Source of the DNA: Bacilli bacterium
GTDB lineage: Bacteria > Bacillota_I > Bacilli_A > RFN20 > CAG-826
Direction of reading: 5' to 3'
DNA: 64,000 nt
Assembly: GCA_041654855.1 (NCBI GenBank)
Contig: JBAZCS010000001.1
Coordinates: forward strand, 985 to 64,984
The notes under the pieces are model-generated. The model was not told the origin of the DNA. It searched no databases and saw only the letters and a list, made by a program, of their open reading frames with translations. This document shows positions 17,630 to 27,788 of this stretch, piece by piece (the first letter of the stretch is position 1; each line of letters opens with the position of its first letter). The position numbers and the translations under genes were made by a program.

Positions 17630-19321
17630 ATGAGAAATATCAATGAACTTTATGCGGCTTGGCTAAATCATAAAGAAATGCCGAAAAAACTTTTACGTGA
17701 ATTAAAACATATGAGTGAAAAAGCGAAAACCGATGCTTTTTATCAAGATGTTGAATTTGGGACCGCGGGCATGCGTGGTATTTTAGGACCAGGTACGAAC
17801 CGCCTTAACATTTTCACCATTCGAAAAGCGGCCTTAGGCTTTGGTCATTATTTAATTAATAACTTTAGTGACGCGAAAAATCGCGGCGTCGTTATCGCTT
17901 ACGATAATCGGCATATGAATAAAGAATTCACGCAAGAAGCAAGTCATGCCTTACGTAGTATTGGTATTAAAACCTTTCTCTTTGATGAATTAAAGCCGAC
18001 TCCGCTTTTAAGTTATGCGGTTCGCCATCTTAACGCAATCGGTGGTATTATGATCACCGCTTCGCATAATCCTAAAAACTATAATGGATTTAAAGTATAT
18101 GACGAAACTGGTGCCCAATTAACACCCGAAAAAGTTGACTTAATATTAGCGGAAATTAAAAAACTTCCGGGCTTCCTCGATATTAAATTAGGAGAAGTTC
18201 AAAATAATTACGCCCTTCTTAGTGATGACGTTGAATTAACATATTTTGCTAAAGTAATGCGTATTCAATTACGGCGTGAACAACCAAAAAACGGCTTTAA
18301 AATTGTGTTTAGCCCACAACACGGTACCGGTAAAAAACTTGGAATGCGGGCCCTTAATGTTATTGGCTATAATGTCATTCCTGTCCAAGACCAAATGGAA
18401 CCAGATCCAAACTTTAAAAATACTAAAAACCCAAACCCCGAAGAAAAAGATGCCTATATTGAAGCAATTAAAAATGCGCGTGCAAATGGGGCGCAACTTA
18501 TTATTACCACCGACCCTGACGCTGACCGCTTAGGTATTGTCTCTCGCAATAAAGAAGGGGGCTTTGATTACTTAACCGGTAACGAAAGCGCAGCGCTTTT
18601 GCTTGATTACCTTTGCAAAAGCCACATCGAACAAGGGGAAAACATTGCGGGAAAATATTTATATACAACGATTGTTACCGGTGCTTTAGGGCCGAAAGTT
18701 GCCTTGAGTTACGGTTTAAAAGTCAAAGAATTTTTAACTGGATTTAAATTTATTGGCGCGCAAATTGCCGAAGATGAACGCAATAATCTTGATAACTTTT
18801 TCTTTGGTTATGAAGAAAGTTATGGTTTATTAGCCGCACCTTTCGTAAGAGATAAAGACGCTATTCAAGCCCTTGTCTTATATTCAGAAATGGCGTTATA
18901 TTACCATTTACAAGGTAAGACACTTGATGTCGTACTTGAAGAACTTTATCAAAAGCATGGCTACCACCTTGATGTGACCCATTCCCTTGCGTTCACGGGT
19001 GCTGCCGGACAAAAAGATATGCAAGAAAAGTTAACAGCGTTACGTGAAAACCCCTTAACTTCGGTCGGGGGACATAAAGTTTTAAAAAGAGATGACTATT
19101 TAGTCGGTAAACGTTATGAAAACGGTAAAGAAGAAACTTTAACCTTACCAAAAAGTGATGTCCTTCGTTACTATTTAGAAGGCGGCACTACGATTTCTGT
19201 TCGCCCAAGTGGCACTGAACCAAAATGTAAAATTTATTACGGTATCTTAGCGAACAATAAAAAAGAAGCGCAAGCGCTCCTTGAAGTTTTAGCGAAAGAT
19301 TTAGAAGCTAAGTTTATTTAA
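17630..19321 (+). CDS. Phosphoglucomutase/phosphomannomutase (alpha-D-phosphohexomutase).
   Basis: Active-site loop TASHNPKNYNGFK. 563 aa, as in PgcA-type phosphoglucomutases. Confidence 0.85.
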   Translation: MRNINELYAAWLNHKEMPKKLLRELKHMSEKAKTDAFYQDVEFGTAGMRGILGPGTNRLNIFTIRKAALGFGHYLINNFSDAKNRGVVIAYDNRHMNKEFTQEASHALRSIGIKTFLFDELKPTPLLSYAVRHLNAIGGIMITASHNPKNYNGFKVYDETGAQLTPEKVDLILAEIKKLPGFLDIKLGEVQNNYALLSDDVELTYFAKVMRIQLRREQPKNGFKIVFSPQHGTGKKLGMRALNVIGYNVIPVQDQMEPDPNFKNTKNPNPEEKDAYIEAIKNARANGAQLIITTDPDADRLGIVSRNKEGGFDYLTGNESAALLLDYLCKSHIEQGENIAGKYLYTTIVTGALGPKVALSYGLKVKEFLTGFKFIGAQIAEDERNNLDNFFFGYEESYGLLAAPFVRDKDAIQALVLYSEMALYYHLQGKTLDVVLEELYQKHGYHLDVTHSLAFTGAAGQKDMQEKLTALRENPLTSVGGHKVLKRDDYLVGKRYENGKEETLTLPKSDVLRYYLEGGTTISVRPSGTEPKCKIYYGILANNKKEAQALLEVLAKDLEAKFI

Positions 19322-20120
19322 TAACTCGTTCAATCGCACTTATTAGACCATCATTGTTGTTATCTTCAGTGGTGGTCATTTTTGCATATTGGGCAACACT
19401 AGGTACGCCATTTATCATCCAAATACTATTAGGCGCCCACGCTAACATTTGTTTATCGTTTTCGGCGTCACCAATTGTAATAACATGACTTAAAGGTACA
19501 TTTAATAACTTTGCGATATATTCAATGCCTTCTTTTTTCGTTGAATCATCTTGATAAAGTTCGGCATAGCCTGATAAATGCCAAAACCGAATGTAATAAC
19601 CGGGAAACTTTGCGACAACTTTTTGCACACAAGCTTTCATTTCATCATTTAAGTTATTAAATAAGAAGATGAGCGTTAATGGATCTTCTTTTAACTTCGT
19701 AAAAGGGTCACCATAGTGGATTGTTCCGCGGTCATTCCAGAAAAAGGTATTAAGCTCTTCATCATGGCGTAATAAATAAACGTGCTCTTCCGTTTCAAGC
19801 ATTAAGTTCCCTAATATTTCATAGCCGATTTCATCAACAATCGCCCGTAATACTTTACGGTCAAAAGTTTGCACTCTTTTGGGGAAGTTTGGATTACCAG
19901 GAAATGATGTTAAAGCGCCGTTATAGGAGACAATAGGAGCATTAACGCCTAATTCTTGTTGGAAAGAATAAGCGGCGCGTAGCGGTCTTCCTGTCGCAAT
20001 AACAATATGGTGGCCATCTTTGCCAAGACCATGTAAATAATCTCTAGTTTTGGGGGTTATTTTTTTATCGTCTGTTAAAAGGGTGCCATCTAAGTCGATC
20101 GCAATTAAATATTTTTGCAC
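19314..20120 (-). CDS. Cof-type HAD-IIB family hydrolase (sugar phosphatase).
   Basis: N-terminal IAIDLDGTLL motif (DxD). Size and cap are consistent with Cof/YidA-like HAD phosphatases. Confidence 0.8.
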   Translation of the reverse strand: MQKYLIAIDLDGTLLTDDKKITPKTRDYLHGLGKDGHHIVIATGRPLRAAYSFQQELGVNAPIVSYNGALTSFPGNPNFPKRVQTFDRKVLRAIVDEIGYEILGNLMLETEEHVYLLRHDEELNTFFWNDRGTIHYGDPFTKLKEDPLTLIFLFNNLNDEMKACVQKVVAKFPGYYIRFWHLSGYAELYQDDSTKKEGIEYIAKLLNVPLSHVITIGDAENDKQMLAWAPNSIWMINGVPSVAQYAKMTTTEDNNNDGLISAIERVIK

Positions 20121-20122
20121 TG

Positions 20123-21100
20123 TTACTTTAATCCTACTGCTTTCTTTACTTTTATTAAGGTAGCGTCTGCTACTAAACGAGCCTTCGTGGCGCCTTCTTT
20201 AAGCACTTTATCGACAAGGCCGCTATTAATTACTGCATATGCTTTTTCTTGGAACGGACCTAAAACGTTAATAACGCTATCGGCGACTGCTTTTTTAAAG
20301 TCCCCATAGCGGTAACCGACAAATGCTTTTTCTGCTTCTTCCAGACTTAAATCATTTAAAGCAGCGTAAATGGTTAATAAGTTCGTAATTCCCGGTTTAT
20401 TTACGGGGTCGACTTTAATTTCATTGCCACTATCCGTGACTGCACTCATAATCTTTTTACGAATAACTTTAAGATCATCGGTTAAGAAAATATCGCCTTT
20501 ATCACTTGCGCTTTTACTCATTTTCTTTGTTGGTTCACTAAGCGACATAATGCGTTTGCCAACTTTTGCAATTTCTGGCGCTGGCATCACTAAGATTTTG
20601 CCATAGCGATTATTAAAGCGGGTAACGAGGTCGCGAGTAATTTCAATATGTTGCACTTGATCTTCGCCAACTGGGACGATATTAGCTTCATAAAGTAAAA
20701 TGTCGCTTGCCATTAAGACGGGATAAGTAAAGAGGCCAAGACCAATAGCGCTATGGTCCATATTTTGACTTTTTTCTTTAAATTGCGTCATCCGACTTAA
20801 TTCACCCATATATAAATAGTTTTGTAAGATAACATTTAATTCTGAATGGGCACTTACATCACTTTGTTTAAAGATGACAACCCTTTCCGGGTCTAAACCA
20901 GCGGCTAAATAAAAAGCGGTTACGAGTTTAATATTATTCCGTAATTCTTCGGCGTCAATTGGTAAGGTTAAAGCATGCAAATCCGCAATAAAAATATAAA
21001 CTTCATTTTCGTCTTGGAACTTTGCAAAGTTTTTGAGGGCACCAATATAATTGCCTAACGTTAGTTTTCCCGTTGGTTTAATTCCACTTAATATACGCAT
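20123..21100 (-). CDS. trpS: Tryptophanyl-tRNA synthetase.
   Basis: GIKPTGKLTLGNYIG (HIGH-region variant of TrpRS) and KMSKS. About 325 aa. Confidence 0.9.
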   Translation of the reverse strand: MRILSGIKPTGKLTLGNYIGALKNFAKFQDENEVYIFIADLHALTLPIDAEELRNNIKLVTAFYLAAGLDPERVVIFKQSDVSAHSELNVILQNYLYMGELSRMTQFKEKSQNMDHSAIGLGLFTYPVLMASDILLYEANIVPVGEDQVQHIEITRDLVTRFNNRYGKILVMPAPEIAKVGKRIMSLSEPTKKMSKSASDKGDIFLTDDLKVIRKKIMSAVTDSGNEIKVDPVNKPGITNLLTIYAALNDLSLEEAEKAFVGYRYGDFKKAVADSVINVLGPFQEKAYAVINSGLVDKVLKEGATKARLVADATLIKVKKAVGLK

Positions 21101-21249
21101 AATATAATATCTCCTAAGAAATTATAATCTAAAACACTCCTAATAGCAACTTCAAGGAGTATTTAAAAATCTTTTTAAAATTGCCAGAAGGTATTGCATT
21201 AACTTGCAAAATACGATATATTATAAACGCGAAAACAAGGAGGTAGCAG

Positions 21250-21684
21250 ATGATCAAGATATATACATCACCAAGTTGTTCTTCGTGTCGAAAAGTTAAA
21301 CAATGGTTTGATGAACAACAAATTCCATACGAAGAGCACAATATTTTTTCCGCTTCTTTAAGTGAAGAAGAACTAAAGGAAATATTATATAAGTCTGAAA
21401 ACGGTACGGAAGATATCATTTCGACGCGGAGCAAAGTTATCAAAGAAAAAAATATTGATATTAACAGCCTAACGATGTCTGAAGTCGTTAAATTCATCAA
21501 AGAAAACCCATCAGTTTTAAAAAGACCGATTATGGTCGACACCAATCGGATTCAAGTTGGCTATAATAGCGAAGAAATTATGACTTTCATCCCGCGCGAA
21601 AGACGAGCGGAAATGGAAGAAGAACTAATGGTAAAACCAAGCGAGTTTGAAGCTTGCGAAGGTGATGATTGCGATATTGAGTAA
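21250..21684 (+). CDS. spx: Spx/ArsC-family transcriptional regulator (Spx-like) with an extended acidic C-terminus.
   Basis: N-terminal CSSC redox motif in the MIKIYTSPSCSSCRKVKQWF context. Spx family. The C-terminal tail is EACEGDDCDIE. Confidence 0.75.
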   Translation: MIKIYTSPSCSSCRKVKQWFDEQQIPYEEHNIFSASLSEEELKEILYKSENGTEDIISTRSKVIKEKNIDINSLTMSEVVKFIKENPSVLKRPIMVDTNRIQVGYNSEEIMTFIPRERRAEMEEELMVKPSEFEACEGDDCDIE

Positions 21685-21701
21685 CTTAATTTAAGTTTTA
21701 A

Positions 21702-22283
21702 TTACTTTGTACTAGAAAGAGCATTAATTGCTCTTTTTTGTTTACTATCAAGATTTTCATTATATGGAATGCCGACTTCATCACAGATTTTCTTTAAAAG
21801 TGCTTTTGCTTTTTGCATCGAAGTTGCTTCCATTTCGAGTTCATAATCTTGTTGTTCGCCATAACGATTTTCATCAATAGCGAGCGTTAAGTCTTCATAT
21901 TCTTTCTCAATTCGTAAAGTGGAAAGGCTAGCGATAATCTTTAAGTCACTCGGATTAATATATAAACTTTCGATAAAATCACTAATATCGCCTTCGGGGA
22001 ATACATGCTTTTTTTGGAATAAATCAAATTGATCCCGCACTAAGTTTTGGGATTTTTCTAATAATCCTTCGGCCATTGGTAGTTTAAACTGCATAATATA
22101 GCCATTTAATTTCCTAATTCTTAAACTTAAACCTAGTTTCCGTAAATCACGATTTTCAGTGTCAATATAATAGTTTTTTTGAATATAACCATCTGCCACA
22201 TCTAAATTAAAATGTTGGAGAACTTGATTATATTGCGCTCTTGTTAATAGTGCTTTTGCTTCAATTTCAATACTTGTTGCCAT
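21702..22283 (-). CDS. CYTH-domain protein (YjbK-like triphosphatase/adenylate cyclase family 2).
   Basis: N-terminal EIEAKAL (the ExExK motif of CYTH). About 190 aa. Adjacent to the NAD kinase, as in the Bacillus yjbK-yjbN region. Confidence 0.7.
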   Translation of the reverse strand: MATSIEIEAKALLTRAQYNQVLQHFNLDVADGYIQKNYYIDTENRDLRKLGLSLRIRKLNGYIMQFKLPMAEGLLEKSQNLVRDQFDLFQKKHVFPEGDISDFIESLYINPSDLKIIASLSTLRIEKEYEDLTLAIDENRYGEQQDYELEMEATSMQKAKALLKKICDEVGIPYNENLDSKQKRAINALSSTK

Positions 22284-22338
22284 TGTTATTACCTCAATCT
22301 ACCATTATGATACAATATATAGGAAGATTTATAAAGTT

Positions 22339-23133
22339 ATGGGAATAAAATATCGAGTAATTGTAAGAGAAGACGCCCAAAGCCGGGCTGTAAGTGAGGC
22401 GCTCCATCGTCTAGCGAGCCATTACGGTTTTACCTATGACGAAGAAAATCCTGACTATGTTTTTTCAATTGGGGGCGACGGTACTTTCTTAAAGGCGGTC
22501 CATCTTTACTTACGTAAACTAAGTAAAATTAATTTTGTTGGTATTCATACCGGGTCACTTGGCTTTTTTGCTGATTTTCGCCCTGATGACTTAAATATTG
22601 TGTTTACGAAGATAAAAATGCAAGAAGCGCGTTTTAATACGTATCGCTTAGTGAAAGCCGAAGTAATTCAAAATAACCGCAAGCGTAATTTTTACGCTGT
22701 TAATGAAGTCCGGATTGAAAATGTGCATCATACTTTAGTGCTTGATGTTACATTAAACGATGACTTTCTGGAAAAATATCGGGGTAACGGTGTGCTTGTG
22801 GCGACGCAACTTGGCAGTAGTGGCTATAATAAATCATTAGGAGGAGCGATTATAAATCGTGATTTACCGTTACTTGAATATACAAAGATTGCCCCTATCG
22901 CTAATAGTGTTTATCGCCCGCTAGTTAACCCCCTTATTATTGGCGATAAAGATGTATTAACTTTTAAAGGGGAAAATAACTTTACCTTTTTTGGGTATGA
23001 TAGTTTAACGAAGAAATTAAACGATGCCCCGTTTACGATTAAAATTTTCTTAAGTAATAAAAAAGTTAAAATTATGCATCGCGATGATCGCCCATACACA
23101 CAAATCTTAAATGAAACCTTTCTAGGAGGATAA
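22339..23133 (+). CDS. nadK: NAD+ kinase.
   Basis: GGDGTFL motif and NRDLPLLEY...PIANSVYRP. 264 aa. Confidence 0.85.
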   Translation: MGIKYRVIVREDAQSRAVSEALHRLASHYGFTYDEENPDYVFSIGGDGTFLKAVHLYLRKLSKINFVGIHTGSLGFFADFRPDDLNIVFTKIKMQEARFNTYRLVKAEVIQNNRKRNFYAVNEVRIENVHHTLVLDVTLNDDFLEKYRGNGVLVATQLGSSGYNKSLGGAIINRDLPLLEYTKIAPIANSVYRPLVNPLIIGDKDVLTFKGENNFTFFGYDSLTKKLNDAPFTIKIFLSNKKVKIMHRDDRPYTQILNETFLGG

Positions 23134-23136
23134 ACA

Positions 23137-23490
23137 ATGAATTTTAATGAATTCCTTGGCAAATATGCCCTCTTTATCGCGTTAACCATCTTTAGTGTTA
23201 TTACGGTATTAATAATTTTCTTTCTATTTATTCCCCGTTTAAAAAAAGAAACGCCGAGTGCTCAAGACACCATTGATAAGGAAGAGTTTTTAAATTTCTT
23301 GGGTGGTGTTGATAATATTTTAGATATATCATTACGTGGGTCGCGCTTAAGTGTCTCTTTAAAAGATCAAACTATTATCGACCTTGATGCTTTAAAAAAA
23401 TACGGGGTGGACCGTGTTATTGTTATGCAATCTAAACTTGTCTTACTTGTTAATAAAGAAGTAGCGAGACTATTTAATCACCTTACGTAA
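23137..23490 (+). CDS. Small membrane-anchored protein with a PTS EIIB(Glc)-like domain lacking the phosphorylatable cysteine.
   Basis: One N-terminal TM helix. FLNFLGGVDNILDISLRGSRLSVSLKDQTIIDLDALKKYGVDRVIV parallels the EIIB LLxALGGxxNIxxxxxC(I/A)TRLRxxVKD motif. Ser/Leu sits where the Cys is expected. Confidence 0.5.
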   Translation: MNFNEFLGKYALFIALTIFSVITVLIIFFLFIPRLKKETPSAQDTIDKEEFLNFLGGVDNILDISLRGSRLSVSLKDQTIIDLDALKKYGVDRVIVMQSKLVLLVNKEVARLFNHLT

Positions 23491-24009
23491 AGCTTCAACT
23501 GGTAAGCCCATGACATTGTAGTAGCTCCCCTTAATACTTCTCACAAGGGCAAAGGCTTCGTCTTGAATGCCGTAAGCGCCAGCTTTATCAAATGGGGAAC
23601 CGGTCTTAATATATTCATCAATTAATTCGTCACCTAAGTCATTAAAATATACTTCGGTGACGATGTTTTTATTTATTTCAATATTAGGTCCTAAAAGCGT
23701 AAAGCCACTTATAACATGATGCTTTCTGCCGCTTAGTTTTTTAAGCATTCGCTTCGCGTCACGAGCGTCTTTTGGTTTGCCTAAAAGTTCGCCATCAATG
23801 ACAACAATCGTGTCACACGCTAAAACGGTTGCCTCAGGATAACTTGCAAATATTTTATAAGCTTTAAACTTTGAAATAATTTTCGCGGTATCACTAGGAA
23901 TACTCACTAATATGTTTTCATCAATATCGGGAACGACAATTTTAAATTCGGGAACAATCTTTTTTAAAAGTTCCTGGCGGCGTGGAGATTTTGACGCTAA
24001 AATAAACAT
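23470..24009 (-). CDS. maf: Maf-like nucleoside triphosphate pyrophosphatase.
   Basis: N-terminal ILASKSPRRQELL. About 180 aa. Confidence 0.85.
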   Translation of the reverse strand: MFILASKSPRRQELLKKIVPEFKIVVPDIDENILVSIPSDTAKIISKFKAYKIFASYPEATVLACDTIVVIDGELLGKPKDARDAKRMLKKLSGRKHHVISGFTLLGPNIEINKNIVTEVYFNDLGDELIDEYIKTGSPFDKAGAYGIQDEAFALVRSIKGSYYNVMGLPVEALRKVIK

Positions 24010-24010
24010 A

Positions 24011-25693
24011 TTATAACCCCGAACTCATAATAACCGGAATAATCATCGGTTTACGACCGGTTTTTTCTAAGAAGTATGGTTCTAATTCATCACGCACCAC
24101 ATTTTTAACTTCACCAAAGGTTGTTGTTTTTTCAGCATACAACTTAGTTAATACTTGATTGATATGCTTTTCAGCCATTGGTAATAAGTTTGAAATGTTC
24201 CAATTTATAAAGCCGCGACTATAAAGTTCGGCCGGGACGAGTAATTTATTTTGTTTCGGATCAACGGCAATTAAAACAGCAACCATGCCATCTTGATTTA
24301 ATTGGCGGCGGTCATTTAAGACAGCGCGCGACATACCTTCAGTGGAATTGCCGTCTAAATAAATATCGGCAACTGGGAAAGAGCGCCCTCTTGTTACTTT
24401 CCCGTTACGAAGTTCTAATGTTTCCCCGTTTTTAAGGACAAAGGAATTTTCAAGTGGTACGCCGACCGTTGCCGCTAATTCAGCGTGAAGTTTAAGCATC
24501 CGATATTCACCGTGCATCGGCATAAAGTATTTTGGGCGCACAAGACGTAGCATTAGTTTTAATTCTTCTTGTGAAGGGTGTCCCGAACTATGAATATTAC
24601 GTAAAATTGAGTTAGTAAGAACGTTCGCCCCAAGTCTTGTTAATTGGTTAACAATGCGGTCAATACCGACACTATTACCTGGAATCGGTGAACTTGAGAA
24701 GACAACGGTATCGCCCGGAATAATGCTAATTTCTTTATGGGTGCCGTCGGCAATGCGTGATAAAGCAGCCATTGGCTCACCTTGCGAACCAGTACATAAA
24801 ACGACTGTTTCTTCGGGTTTAAGTTGACTTGATTTACTTACATCGACAATACTAGCGTCAGGAATTTTAATATAGCCTAATTCCCGCGAAGTCTTAACAA
24901 CTTTTTCCATTGACCGACCAATAATAATTATTTTCCGTTTATAGTTAACGGTTGCTTCAACAATTTGTTGAATCCGGCTTATGTTACTTGAAAATGTGGA
25001 AATAATAAGCCGCCCTTGGGCATTAGCGAAGATTTCATTAATTGCACTAATGACATTTCGTTCACTAGGAGTGTAACCAGGATGTTCACTATTCGTGGAG
25101 TCACTAAGTAATAAATCAACCCCTTCATTTCCTAAAGCAGCAATTTTACCTAAATCAATATCTTTACCGATAGGTGTTAAGTCCACCTTAAAGTCTCCAG
25201 TACTCACAATACGCCCGTGTTCGGTATCAACACAATACCCATAACAATCAGGAATCGAGTGCGTTACCGCAAAGAAACTAACCGTCATATCATCGATTTT
25301 AATGACTGTATCATCAGTGTATTCAACAATGTTGACTGGAGTTTTAATGCGCATCATTTGTAATTTATAACGAATTAAAGATGCGGCAAGCGGGGGCGCG
25401 TAAATAATGGGGATATGGACAACTTGAATTAAAAATGGAATCGAACCGATATGATCTTCGTGGCCATGCGTAATAAAAAGTGCCTTAATTTTCCGGGCAT
25501 TATCGCGTAAATATGTAAAATCAGGAATTACATAATCGATGCCAGGTAAATCTTGTTCAGGAAAAAGTACCCCGGCATCAAAGATAAGTAAGGTTTTGTC
25601 GTTTTCGACGACGTACATGTTTTTACCAACTTCTCCTAAACCACCCAAGGCATAAATAGAAACCGGCATTTGAAATTTTGAATTGGATGTCAT
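24011..25693 (-). CDS. rnj: Ribonuclease J (metallo-beta-lactamase/beta-CASP).
   Basis: HGHEDHIG motif, beta-CASP region, C-terminal domain. 560 aa. Confidence 0.9.
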   Translation of the reverse strand: MTSNSKFQMPVSIYALGGLGEVGKNMYVVENDKTLLIFDAGVLFPEQDLPGIDYVIPDFTYLRDNARKIKALFITHGHEDHIGSIPFLIQVVHIPIIYAPPLAASLIRYKLQMMRIKTPVNIVEYTDDTVIKIDDMTVSFFAVTHSIPDCYGYCVDTEHGRIVSTGDFKVDLTPIGKDIDLGKIAALGNEGVDLLLSDSTNSEHPGYTPSERNVISAINEIFANAQGRLIISTFSSNISRIQQIVEATVNYKRKIIIIGRSMEKVVKTSRELGYIKIPDASIVDVSKSSQLKPEETVVLCTGSQGEPMAALSRIADGTHKEISIIPGDTVVFSSSPIPGNSVGIDRIVNQLTRLGANVLTNSILRNIHSSGHPSQEELKLMLRLVRPKYFMPMHGEYRMLKLHAELAATVGVPLENSFVLKNGETLELRNGKVTRGRSFPVADIYLDGNSTEGMSRAVLNDRRQLNQDGMVAVLIAVDPKQNKLLVPAELYSRGFINWNISNLLPMAEKHINQVLTKLYAEKTTTFGEVKNVVRDELEPYFLEKTGRKPMIIPVIMSSGL

Positions 25694-25783
25694 AACTTTC
25701 TCCTAAATTATAAATTATTTACTTTAACTTTATTCCATTATGCCAAAACATAACGCTAAAGTAAATGTAAATCGCTAACAATA

Positions 25784-26329
25784 TTAGATAACAACGGCAT
25801 CGGGGAATTTAGAACGGTTTAAAGGATCAATGCGATCATAGAAGAGAATGCCATTTAAATGGTCAATCTCATGCTGTAATACAATTGCCTCATACCCAGT
25901 AGCAGTTATTTCAATTGGACTTTTATTTAATATATCATAAGCTTTAACTTTTATTTTGTGGTGACGGTAGACGTTACCCGGATATTTTTCATCGACTGAT
26001 AGACAAGCTTCGCCCCCGCGTAAATAGGCGCGGCGAACTGAAGAAGAAACAATTTGCGGATTTGCTAGCACAAATGTAAAATTATTTTCTTCATCTTTAT
26101 CATCAGGAATATGGACGATGATTATTTGCTTGCTCACCCCAACTTGGGGCGCTGCTAAGCCAACACCCGCCCTTAAGCCATATTTTTTACTAAGTACGGG
26201 GTCTTGACTTTCTTTAATATGTAAAAACATCGCGTGGGCTAAATCTTCATCTTCCTTAGAAAGGGGGACTACAACTTTCTTTGCCCGTTCACGTAATACT
26301 TTTTCACTATCTTTAAATATCTTCAACAT
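25784..26329 (-). CDS. def: Peptide deformylase.
   Basis: GVGLAAPQVG, EACLS (EGCLS-type) and HEIDHLNG motifs. Confidence 0.9.
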   Translation of the reverse strand: MLKIFKDSEKVLRERAKKVVVPLSKEDEDLAHAMFLHIKESQDPVLSKKYGLRAGVGLAAPQVGVSKQIIIVHIPDDKDEENNFTFVLANPQIVSSSVRRAYLRGGEACLSVDEKYPGNVYRHHKIKVKAYDILNKSPIEITATGYEAIVLQHEIDHLNGILFYDRIDPLNRSKFPDAVVI

Positions 26330-26404
26330 AATATTTTTGTCCGTCCTTATTCTATCATAACTTTTCTTATATTTCGCATTTTTACTATGTAAAGAGCGAA
26401 CTTT

Positions 26405-26782
26405 TTGTATAATAATTCTATGAGTAAAAAGATTTATGAGTTGGCCTTTGCTTTACATAGTGCACTGGAAGCACACGTTGATGTCGTTTTACTTAAGGAA
26501 TTAGAACTTAAAGTTACCGCTGATGAAGAAATAAGAGCACTCCACGCTGTGTGCAATAACCTACAAGATAAAATAAATAATTTATTAGAATACTATGATA
26601 TCGAACATTATGAAGTAAAATCTTTACGACAACAGTTATTTGCACAAAAATATTTATTAGATAGTAACCCCTTAGTAAGTGCCTACAACAAGCAGTATAA
26701 AAAAGTAAGTGAGCTTTATAATTATGTATCAAAAAGAATCTTTGATGATTTTTGTAAGCCAAGGGGGTGCTCATGCCAATAA
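26405..26782 (+). CDS. Small hypothetical protein, possibly YlbF/YmcA-like, upstream of rsmD-coaD.
   Basis: 125 aa, helical. Sits in the position occupied by ylbF/ylbG upstream of ylbH(rsmD)-coaD in Bacillus. Weak sequence support. Confidence 0.35.
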   Translation: MYNNSMSKKIYELAFALHSALEAHVDVVLLKELELKVTADEEIRALHAVCNNLQDKINNLLEYYDIEHYEVKSLRQQLFAQKYLLDSNPLVSAYNKQYKKVSELYNYVSKRIFDDFCKPRGCSCQ

Positions 26783-27315
26783 AAGGAAGAGTTATTGCCG
26801 GAAAATATAAGTCACGGCAACTTTTAACCCTTTTTGATAGTCATACTCGGGCTACTAAAGATCGGGTAAAAGAAGCAATGTTTTCGGCGCTAGGAAATGA
26901 CTTAAAAAATGCAACTGTGCTTGACCTTTTTGCTGGGACCGGTGCTTTAGGTATTGAAGCCTTATCCCGCGGGGCGACAAAAGCAATTTTTTGTGAAAAT
27001 AGTTTGAAAACCTTGCAAATCCTAACTAAAAACCTTGAAATTGTTGAAGAAGAGGTAATATTACTTAAGGGCGATTACGAAAACAAATTGGCGCAAATAG
27101 AGAAAAACTCGCTTGATATTGTCTTTATTGATCCCCCATATGATTACGATATTGAAGCGATTGTTTCAAAAGTTTTTGAAAGTAATATCCTAAAAAAAGA
27201 ATACATTATGGTTCTTGAAACTGATAAAGAAGCAAACCTTTCCTTAAATAATGTTAAAATTAGAAAGTATAAATACGGATTAACCCATTTAACAATCCTA
27301 AGAGGTGCATTATGA
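26767..27315 (+). CDS. rsmD: 16S rRNA (guanine966-N2)-methyltransferase RsmD.
   Basis: DLFAGTGALGIEALSRGA SAM-binding motif and DPPY motif (FIDPPYD). Ends on TGA in an ATGA overlap with coaD. Confidence 0.85.
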   Translation: MLMPIKGRVIAGKYKSRQLLTLFDSHTRATKDRVKEAMFSALGNDLKNATVLDLFAGTGALGIEALSRGATKAIFCENSLKTLQILTKNLEIVEEEVILLKGDYENKLAQIEKNSLDIVFIDPPYDYDIEAIVSKVFESNILKKEYIMVLETDKEANLSLNNVKIRKYKYGLTHLTILRGAL

Positions 27316-27788
27316 ATGTTTTAGCAATCTATCCCGGTAGTTTTGACCCGATTACGAATGGACATATTGATATTGTCAAAAGAGCATTATGCGTTTTTGA
27401 TCGTATTATTATTTTAGTGGCCGTTAACCCGGCGAAGAAATATTTCTTTACGACAGAAGAACGGGTGTCAATGATTAAAGAATCTTTAAAAGATTATCCC
27501 CAAGTTAGTGTCGAAGCGACAAGTGGTTTAACGATTCACTATGCACAAAAAGTAGGCGCTAAAGCGATGATTCGTGGTTTACGCGCCGCAACTGACTTTG
27601 AATATGAGTTTCAAATGAATAGTGCAAATGTATTCATTGATAAGCAAATAGAATCAATCTTTTTCATGGCTAAGCATGAGTTTATGTTTATTTCTAGTAG
27701 CACAATTAAAGAAATGGTCGCTGGGGGCATTGATGTTTCGCGGCTCGTTCCCGAACCCGTTAATAAAATGTTTGCTAAAAAGCGTTAA
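27312..27788 (+). CDS. coaD: Phosphopantetheine adenylyltransferase.
   Basis: AIYPGSFDPITNGHIDIV nucleotidyltransferase motif. 158 aa. Confidence 0.9.
   Translation: MNVLAIYPGSFDPITNGHIDIVKRALCVFDRIIILVAVNPAKKYFFTTEERVSMIKESLKDYPQVSVEATSGLTIHYAQKVGAKAMIRGLRAATDFEYEFQMNSANVFIDKQIESIFFMAKHEFMFISSSTIKEMVAGGIDVSRLVPEPVNKMFAKKR

Noticed and set aside
21101-21249. T-box riboswitch leader expected upstream of trpS. The same check was made upstream of proS and gltX.
   Set aside because: The minus-strand leader is only about 150 nt and shared with the divergent spx promoter. No T-box consensus (AAUUAGGGUGGUACCGCG-like, that is CCGCGGT.CCACCC on the plus strand) is present. The leaders of proS (2 nt) and gltX (about 120 nt) are too short.
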